Shown here: positions 47,000 to 53,126 of the stretch, in pieces
Numbering within the stretch: position 1 is the first letter of the stretch
How the letters are laid out: each line of letters begins with the position of its first letter
Assembly (NCBI GenBank): GCA_031258895.1
Contig: JAIRMF010000079.1
Span: forward strand, 1 to 53,126
From: Dysgonamonadaceae bacterium
GTDB lineage: Bacteria; Bacteroidota; Bacteroidia; Bacteroidales; Azobacteroidaceae
Direction: 5' to 3'
DNA length: 53,126 nucleotides
Translations under genes and position numbers: made by a program
The notes under the pieces: model-generated
What the model saw: the letters and a program-made list of their open reading frames with translations, nothing else
What the model was told of the DNA's origin: nothing
Database searches by the model: none

Positions 47000-47040
47000 A
47001 CGAAAGAAGCCGCTCCCGTTTTCGGGGCGGCTTCTTTCGT
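47000..47040. terminator. bidirectional terminator between rpoC and ruvX
   Basis: ACGAAAGAAGCCGC / GCGGCTTCTTTCGT 14-bp perfect arms with further inner pairing. Confidence 0.85.
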
Positions 47041-47132
47041 CAAATCATCTCCCGAATGGTGACTTTCCGGGCGAAATAATGAGAAGGAACAGCTATTATA
47101 TTCCTGCTGTGTGTATATAGGGAGATTCGGTA

Positions 47133-47546
47133 TTATCTGTTATTTTCGAGCCAAGACTGTAAAATAATTGTCGCACTTAACTCGTCTACGAGCGCTTTGT
47201 TCCTGCGGGCCTGCTGTTTCAGTCCTCCTTCAAGCATGGCGCGGTGGGCCAGGACCGAAGTGAAACGCTCGTCCACAAATCGTATCTCTATACCGGACAA
47301 AGACTCGTGCAACAACTCGCGAAACCGTCGCACTCGACCCATATTCTCCGAAGGTTTATAATTCATCTGCCTTGGCTCGCCAAGCAGGAAAATCTCGACT
47401 TCGTTTTCCTCTGTGTACTTTTTCAGAAAGGGGATGACTTCATGGCTGGGCAGGGTCACCAGACCGCCGGCTATCATCTGCAACGGATCGGAAACAGCGA
47501 TACCGGTCCGCTTCTTGCCGTAATCAATAGCTACAATCCTTCCCAC
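47133..47546 (-). CDS. ruvX: YqgF/RuvX family RNase H-fold nuclease
   Basis: AIDYGKKRTGIAVSDP, VDERFTS, VD..SA.IILQS.L; GTG start overlapping hpf. Confidence 0.94.
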   Translation of the reverse strand: MGRIVAIDYGKKRTGIAVSDPLQMIAGGLVTLPSHEVIPFLKKYTEENEVEIFLLGEPRQMNYKPSENMGRVRRFRELLHESLSGIEIRFVDERFTSVLAHRAMLEGGLKQQARRNKALVDELSATIILQSWLENNR

Positions 47547-47859
47547 CCGCCTTTAAACTTTGCTTGTCGATGATTTTCTCTTTCGACTTCACAGCCTGAC
47601 GTTCAAGCTTCTCAACACATCCGTCTACCGCCGCCTCAAAAGTGTCGGCCGTTTCCTCGGCGAAGAAATCTTTACCGCGAGCAAAAACCTTTATTGATAC
47701 TTCTTTGTTTGCATTTGTTTCCGGTTTTACCACCTTCAATGCTACATCTGCCGACAAAATGGAGTCGTTGAATTTCTCCAAGCGTTTAACTTTTTTCCGG
47801 ATAAACGCTTCCAGTTTCTCACTTGCCTCGAAATGAATGGCCTGAATCACTATTTCCAT
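47524..47859 (-). CDS. hpf: ribosome hibernation factor HPF/RaiA (short form)
   Basis: IQAIHF.A...LE.FI.KK..RL.KF, FAE....TFE.AVD....KL.RQ..K.KEK. Confidence 0.9.
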   Translation of the reverse strand: MEIVIQAIHFEASEKLEAFIRKKVKRLEKFNDSILSADVALKVVKPETNANKEVSIKVFARGKDFFAEETADTFEAAVDGCVEKLERQAVKSKEKIIDKQSLKAGGKDCSY

Positions 47860-47875
47860 AAAAACCTCCTTGATT

Positions 47876-48754
47876 TTAAGCTCTCGGATGAGCTTGTTGA
47901 TATATTTTTTTTAATTCTTCGAATGATGTATGCGTATAGATTTCGGTTGACGCAAGGCTTTCGTGTCCCAACAATTCCTTGACGGCTCTCAGATTGGCCC
48001 CGTTATTTAACATACTTGTCGCGAAGGTATGCCTCAGTACGTGTGGACTTCTCTGTTTTAGGTTTTGGACTGTTGCGAGGCGGCTTTTAACTATTTTGTA
48101 TATCATAGAATTGGAGAGTTGGCGGCCGTTTTTATGCACGAAGAAGGCGTCGGACTGCATCTCGATTTCCGAGTTGCGCTTGTGTAAGTAGGAACGAAGT
48201 GTTGTTTCCAGTGGTACGGCGAACGGTATGATACGTTGTTTATTTCGTTTGCCGGTTACTTTGATTGTTTGCGAGCTGAAATCCACGTCATTATTTTTAA
48301 GTCCTGCCAGTTCTGCGCAACGTATTCCCGTACAGTAAAACGTGTCGAGGATAGCTTTGTCCCGTTCGTCTTCGAACTTGTCACCATAATTATCGTTGGC
48401 GAGCAGAGTACTCATATCCTTATCTTTTACAAACTTGGGCAATGGTTTGCCTGCTTTTGGTCCTTGAACGGTGGCTAAGGGGTTTGTTTCGAGGAGTTTA
48501 TTTCGGCGCAGGTACCGGAAGTAGGATTTCAGTGTACTCAATTTCCGGTTTATTGAGAGCGGGGAATATTTTTCATCCATCAGGCTCACCATCCACCTGC
48601 GCACCCAGACGGCGTCTATATCATGCGGATCGAGGGCGCTCCCGCCGTTCACAAAATCTTTAAACTGTGACAGGTCATTTATGTACGCTTCGAGGGTATG
48701 AGAAGAGTAGTTTCTTTCACATTCCAGGTATTTGATGAATGATTCGACGAACAT
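47876..48754 (-). CDS. xerC: tyrosine recombinase XerC-like
   Basis: ER.YS.HT..AY..DL, TGIR..EL, GK.NK.RIIP, SPHVLRHTFAT.ML..GA.L..V.ELLGH.SL..T.IY. Confidence 0.88.
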   Translation of the reverse strand: MFVESFIKYLECERNYSSHTLEAYINDLSQFKDFVNGGSALDPHDIDAVWVRRWMVSLMDEKYSPLSINRKLSTLKSYFRYLRRNKLLETNPLATVQGPKAGKPLPKFVKDKDMSTLLANDNYGDKFEDERDKAILDTFYCTGIRCAELAGLKNNDVDFSSQTIKVTGKRNKQRIIPFAVPLETTLRSYLHKRNSEIEMQSDAFFVHKNGRQLSNSMIYKIVKSRLATVQNLKQRSPHVLRHTFATSMLNNGANLRAVKELLGHESLASTEIYTHTSFEELKKIYQQAHPRA

Positions 48755-48824
48755 AACTTTTGCAGTTTGATGTTTTTGCGGAGATGATGAAGCCGGATTT
48801 CTTTTGAACTGTCGGCTTTTGTTT

Positions 48825-49871
48825 TCAGTTGTTTTCCGGTCGCAATTTTCTTACAGTCGCGCCTGTTTGCCACATTTCGCTTTCGCGTAATGCTTTGAGT
48901 TCTTTTTCGAGATTTGTGCGATAGTCTTTTTTGCTGTTGGCGTTGATGGAGCGTTGTGCTTCGTTTCCGTTTACCACTTCGCGGTACAGTTCTTCGAAGA
49001 CGGGTTTTGTTGCGTCATGGAATGGTCCCATCCAGTCGAGTGCGCCACGTTGCGCGGTAGTTGAGCAGTTTGCGTACATCCAGTCCATACCTTTTTCTGC
49101 GAACAGGGGCATCAGTGATTGCGTCAGTTCCTCTACCGTTTCGTTGAAGGCTTCGGAGGGGCTGTGTCCGTTTTCGCGGAGCACTTCGTATTGTGCGAGG
49201 AGGATTCCCTGGATTGCACCCATCAGGGTTCCGCGTTCGCCGGTAAGGTCGGAGTACACTTCGTGTTTGAAGTCTGTTTCGAAAAGATATCCTGAGCCCA
49301 CTCCGATACCGAGAGCGATGGTTTTTTCGCGCGCTTTGCCGGATGCGTTTTGGAAGACGGCGAAGCTGGAGTTGAGGCCACGTCCTTCGAGAAACATTTT
49401 GCGCAGGGACGTTCCGGAACCTTTTGGGGCGACAAGGATTACGTCGACGTTTTCGGGGGGTACGATACCTGTTCTGTTTTTGTAGGTAATTCCGAAACCG
49501 TGAGAGAAGTATAGGGTTTTACCGTCGGTGAGATGCGGTTTGATGGTTGGCCATACTTCTATCTGTGCGGCGTCCGAGAGGAGATACTGGATTATTGTTC
49601 CGCGTTCTGCGGCTTCATTGATTTCGAACAGGGTTTCTCCGGGTATCCATCCGTCTGCGAGGGCTTTATCCCAGGTTTTTCCGCCTTTTCGCTGTCCCAC
49701 TATTACGTTGAAACCGTTATCTCGGAGATTGAGGGATTGTCCGGGTCCTTGAACTCCGTACCCTATCACTGCGATGGTTTCATCTTTGAGGAAGTCTTTT
49801 GCTTTTTGCAGTGGGAATTCTTCCCTTGTCACGACTTTTTCGTCTACGCCGCCGAAATTCATTGTTGCCAT
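48825..49871 (-). CDS. ilvC: ketol-acid reductoisomerase (Bacteroidetes type)
   Basis: IGYGVQGPGQ.LNLRD, FSHGF, APKGSG, SDLTGERG.LMG, NCSTTAQRGALDW. Confidence 0.97.
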   Translation of the reverse strand: MATMNFGGVDEKVVTREEFPLQKAKDFLKDETIAVIGYGVQGPGQSLNLRDNGFNVIVGQRKGGKTWDKALADGWIPGETLFEINEAAERGTIIQYLLSDAAQIEVWPTIKPHLTDGKTLYFSHGFGITYKNRTGIVPPENVDVILVAPKGSGTSLRKMFLEGRGLNSSFAVFQNASGKAREKTIALGIGVGSGYLFETDFKHEVYSDLTGERGTLMGAIQGILLAQYEVLRENGHSPSEAFNETVEELTQSLMPLFAEKGMDWMYANCSTTAQRGALDWMGPFHDATKPVFEELYREVVNGNEAQRSINANSKKDYRTNLEKELKALRESEMWQTGATVRKLRPENN

Positions 49872-49913
49872 TTTTAATACGATTAGTTGTTATTAAATTT
49901 TTTGTTTGCCTTA

Positions 49914-49921
49914 CAAAAGTA
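49914..49921 (-). promoter_or_regulatory. sigma-70 -7 element for ilvC(-xerC-hpf-ruvX)
   Basis: caaaagta is the reverse complement of TACTTTTG. Confidence 0.55.
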
Positions 49922-49933
49922 CTAAAAATTTTC

Positions 49934-52900
49934 TTACGTTATCGAAAATTTGCCGCACAATTCCTGGAATTCGCAGTATTTACAATTCTCTTTGACTGAA
50001 GTTTCTTTGAACGGGACGTTCGGGTCGAACAGTTCCTCGATTTTTTGCAGGAATATCGGTTCGAATTCCGGATGGATCGTTCGGAAATCTTCTATCGGTT
50101 TGTTGTTGTATTGGATGACGGGGGAATAATCTTTCTTGCCGGCCTCCTGGAGATAGAGCAGGGCGGGGATGATTGGCCTGCCGGAGGTATCGTGCTTGGC
50201 GATGATTGAGGAGTAGACGAATGTTTGAAAGATGTGCGATGCGCGACGCTCCTTTTCCTCCGCTAACTCAGGTAATGTTTTAAAAGTCTTGCCGGAGCTA
50301 CCCGTTTTATAGTCAATGACCACGATTCTCCCGTCTTTTTCCTCGAGACGGTCGATAACGCCCCCAATCCTGATTTTAGTGTTCGAGTTTCTTAAGGCGT
50401 ATTCGGAATAATTCCTGTATTCGAGCCCGAGTATCGTGAACGGAGCCCGATTACGGTCGAATTCGAGCAACCGCCTTATCATCTTGCAAATCACACGGAA
50501 ATTGATGAGCTGCTCGCCATTGTACTGGGAGCGATCAACATTCCTGTTGTTAAAAAAATGCTTCGTAAAAGACAACGAGACAAGCCTCTCGATATTTATG
50601 TCGGCGCTGTTTTCGAGAAAATTCTCGATGTGTTCCTTCCGCATGAAAAACGAGCCGTCCGGGTTCCGCCCGTATCTGTCCGAAATCATCTTGTAGAGAC
50701 GCTCGGCAGAGTGATGGAAAATCGTACCGAAAATCGAAGCGTCCATTTCGTCTGTCAATTCCTTCTCTACCTTGTAACATTTAACCTTCAGGTAGTAAAA
50801 GCGCAACGAACAGTCGATAAATGTGTTGAGTATCGAAGGATAAATCGCCTTGGCATCCGGATTGATATTGAAGTCGTACAACGATTTCAGAAGGTTGAGC
50901 AGTTCGGCTGTCTTGGGGAACGAAATTTCCTTCCGTTCGACCGGCCTGACCGGCGAGAGAAGCTGAAAGCGCTTGATCTTCATCCTGCCGTCCACCAATA
51001 ACTGCAACATAAACCTGCTCATCTCAGCCTTGCCCTTAGAAGTCTTTCCGGTGTTATAGACGAGAGTGATTTTTTCCGCCCGCTGGAGCAATCTGTAAAA
51101 ATAGTACGCATAGATGGAGTCCTCGCTCTGGACAGTGCTCAAACCTAACTCGTGCCTGATAAAACGGGGGATGAAAGAGTTATCGCCGACGCTGCCCGCA
51201 GGCATAAAACCCTCGTTAACGCTCAACAGTAAGATGTTCTTGAAATCCAATGTCCTCGTCTCGAGCATCCCCATGATCTGCAATCCCTTCAATGGCTCAC
51301 CGTGGAACGGCACCTGAGTGACCGAGAACAACTTCCTCATCAAACGTACGAACATACTCTTCTCCATGCGCCACCCGTCCGACTTAATAAGCCCGTAAAG
51401 ACGGTTCAAGATCTGCCAGGCGCGAAAGACAGACTCGCGGTAAAGGTCAATGTACAGGTCGTCCGATGAATCGTTCTTCACATTCTTTGAAATAGCCCTG
51501 CCGATCGCCTCCGTGACCTCGATAAGGTACTTGCAGAACGAGTGCAGGTCGTGCGTGTACGTGAAAAGCAGCCTGTTTTCCAGAACGTTGATATCCGCGT
51601 ACTGCAAGTTCTCCTCCATGAGACGATGTTCGATTTGCGAAGCCTTCGGGAAAAGCATCTTGGCGTACGGATGACGTAACACGGGCAAAATGTACTTGCG
51701 GGATAACATCCCACCCTCCCTTCCGCTCTTCATCTGCATCTCCGATAACATGTAAAGGAAGCCCGCGATCGGAGTCTGGCCCTCCGGAAACCCCATCGTG
51801 ACGTTTATGTTCCGCGTCTTCTCGTACGGGATAGCGTGCGTGACGACCGGTAACAGCGATTCGTTGCACAATATTATGGCAGAGTCCGGCGAGGTCTCGT
51901 GGAACTGCATCTTGAGCGAGTCGATCCACTCCGAAATAACCCCAGTCTGCTCGTTTTCCGAAGAAGCGGAGATAAATGTAATCTCTTTCGATGGATTGAG
52001 AAACAAACTCTCCGATTCGCTCTCCGAGAACAAGGAATTGTTCCCCGATAACAAGGAATTGTTCTCCAGTGATAAGGATTCGCTCTCCGGTGACAACCCC
52101 GATTCGGAAGATTGTTTAAAATTGTTATCGGGGGAGGAGTCGGATTCGCAAGGTTTCAGTAATTTGGAAAACGGAGTATCTGGGTTGCCGGCCAGAAAAA
52201 TCTCCGATTCGTATTTACTTTTAGGAATGATAACCTTACTCGCTGATTTGTTCTCAGAGATTATATCGATAGCCGAACCGAATTTTAAAATGTTTTCCCT
52301 AATATGCCTTCCGGCCTCATGGTTTAAGTAATATTCGTCCGCGTCCCAATAAAAAAGCGCCGAGGGTTTAAGATGGTTAAACAAGACTTTCTCACTTTTA
52401 CTCAAGGCATTGAATCCGATAAAAACGTACTGATGATTGTCCGCGTCGGGAAGATTCGATTCCACCACGTCACGCATCTGCATCCCGCAGTACGCCTCGT
52501 TGCGCTTCCGCAATCTGTCCCTGAACCTCAAGTAAACGTCGCCGAGAATGTTCCACACCATCCTGAACTCCTCTTGCAGCCTGCTTTCCCCCAAAAACGA
52601 CCTCCCGAACCTGCGGCTCAGCTCCTCGCGCTGCCCGTCCGATAAAAAAGACAGATCGTTCCCGATTTTGTCCAAATCGGCAAGGTTGCCGTACAAAAAG
52701 CCGGCGTTAATAAGATTCCGGTCAATGTCGTCGAAATCGCGTAACAGTATCTCGCCGAAAAAGAAGAACTCATCGAGCGTGTCGTGAATGTTTTTGCCGT
52801 ACTTACTCAGGTAACTGTCTTTGTAAGCGAGATATAAGTCCGCCGTAAGACGAATCGTGTCCGCCCGGCGGAAGGTCGATAACCTGTCGAACAGGTCCTC

Positions 52901-53074
52901 GATCGACAAATACTGCGGCGACCACAACGGGGACTTGAACTCGCTATAAAGCAAACGGTTAAAAAACAAATGCGCACGCCGCCCGGGAAAAACAATCGTG
53001 ACGTCGGACATCTTACCGCCAAGTCTGTTAACAAGGTCGCGCGCAACAATAGCAAGAAACGTGGAATTATTCAT
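49934..53074 (-). CDS. AddB-like inactive helicase fused to a PD-(D/E)XK nuclease with Fe-S cysteines; start placed at ATG 53074
   Basis: VFP.RRA, F.GFNALSKSE, GLQIMGMLETR.LDF, NEG.MP, EMSRF; C-terminal DCSLRFY, GVIDR.E...IDYKTG, Q..VY, CKYCEF..LC. Confidence 0.88.
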   Translation of the reverse strand: MNNSTFLAIVARDLVNRLGGKMSDVTIVFPGRRAHLFFNRLLYSEFKSPLWSPQYLSIEDLFDRLSTFRRADTIRLTADLYLAYKDSYLSKYGKNIHDTLDEFFFFGEILLRDFDDIDRNLINAGFLYGNLADLDKIGNDLSFLSDGQREELSRRFGRSFLGESRLQEEFRMVWNILGDVYLRFRDRLRKRNEAYCGMQMRDVVESNLPDADNHQYVFIGFNALSKSEKVLFNHLKPSALFYWDADEYYLNHEAGRHIRENILKFGSAIDIISENKSASKVIIPKSKYESEIFLAGNPDTPFSKLLKPCESDSSPDNNFKQSSESGLSPESESLSLENNSLLSGNNSLFSESESESLFLNPSKEITFISASSENEQTGVISEWIDSLKMQFHETSPDSAIILCNESLLPVVTHAIPYEKTRNINVTMGFPEGQTPIAGFLYMLSEMQMKSGREGGMLSRKYILPVLRHPYAKMLFPKASQIEHRLMEENLQYADINVLENRLLFTYTHDLHSFCKYLIEVTEAIGRAISKNVKNDSSDDLYIDLYRESVFRAWQILNRLYGLIKSDGWRMEKSMFVRLMRKLFSVTQVPFHGEPLKGLQIMGMLETRTLDFKNILLLSVNEGFMPAGSVGDNSFIPRFIRHELGLSTVQSEDSIYAYYFYRLLQRAEKITLVYNTGKTSKGKAEMSRFMLQLLVDGRMKIKRFQLLSPVRPVERKEISFPKTAELLNLLKSLYDFNINPDAKAIYPSILNTFIDCSLRFYYLKVKCYKVEKELTDEMDASIFGTIFHHSAERLYKMISDRYGRNPDGSFFMRKEHIENFLENSADINIERLVSLSFTKHFFNNRNVDRSQYNGEQLINFRVICKMIRRLLEFDRNRAPFTILGLEYRNYSEYALRNSNTKIRIGGVIDRLEEKDGRIVVIDYKTGSSGKTFKTLPELAEEKERRASHIFQTFVYSSIIAKHDTSGRPIIPALLYLQEAGKKDYSPVIQYNNKPIEDFRTIHPEFEPIFLQKIEELFDPNVPFKETSVKENCKYCEFQELCGKFSIT
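52005..52109. repeat. degenerate 21-bp (7-aa) tandem repeats inside the AddB-like gene
   Basis: GAGAACAAGGAATTGTTCCCC / GATAACAAGGAATTGTTCTCC / AGTGATAAGGATTCGCTCTCC, encoding ESESLSL-ENNSLLS-GNNSLFS. Confidence 0.75.
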
Positions 53075-53094
53075 AAGCAACGATTTTTAGAGCA

Positions 53095-53126
53095 CAAATT
53101 TATACAAAAATCACCAAACACCCAAA
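53095..53126 (-). promoter_or_regulatory. sigma-70 promoter of the AddB-like gene
   Basis: Minus strand TTTG (53126-53123), 20-nt spacer, TAAATTTG (53102-53095). Confidence 0.6.

Noticed and set aside
47876-48754. Tyrosine recombinase as the integrase of a prophage or ICE
   Set aside because: Its length (292 aa), motifs and linkage to hpf fit housekeeping XerC; no att sites or mobile genes are nearby.
48679-48873. Basic 64-aa ORF upstream of xerC as rpsU (S21) or its remnant
   Set aside because: It lacks S21 motifs (ALKRFK, F.KPS..RR) and overlaps both ilvC and xerC.
50200-51200. Replication terminus/dif site at the skew switch
   Set aside because: No dif-like sequence (TTATGTTAAA arm) was noticed, the switch is local, and other skew patches occur in the window.

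Overview
A 53-kb chromosomal segment from a Bacteroidales-type bacterium. The assignment rests on TTTG-N19-TAnnTTTG sigma-70 promoters, AT-rich translation starts without Shine-Dalgarno sites, T9SS C-terminal domains, a SusC/SusD pair, and tRNA genes lacking encoded CCA. Left core genes are rplY, pth, hslR, a DUF3298 lipoprotein, rsmG, an MBL hydrolase, purA, a Zn metallopeptidase and a bifunctional nuclease. A 23-kb co-oriented accessory block follows (7.1-30.4 kb). It holds four T9SS cargo proteins: a CotH-family kinase, a stand-alone beta-helix protein, and two chimeric zinc metalloproteases sharing a paralogous InlB-B-repeat/beta-helix stalk. Next is a compact five-gene unit (lipoprotein, Tat-like exported protein, VTC polyphosphate-polymerase domain, DUF4956 membrane protein, DUF2490 outer-membrane barrel), then an orphan SusC-SusD-lipoprotein trio behind a roughly 470-nt leader. 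The right half holds an acyl-CoA ligase, yebC, tRNA-Thr/Tyr/Gly/Thr-tuf-tRNA-Trp-secE-nusG-rplKAJL-rpoBC, and on the minus strand an AddB-like nuclease, ilvC, xerC, hpf and ruvX. The best candidate for an undescribed system is the CotH + VTC/DUF4956/DUF2490 locus, which may be an envelope-spanning polyphosphate export and extracellular phosphorylation pathway (inference). All family assignments come from motif recognition by eye, not from database searches.
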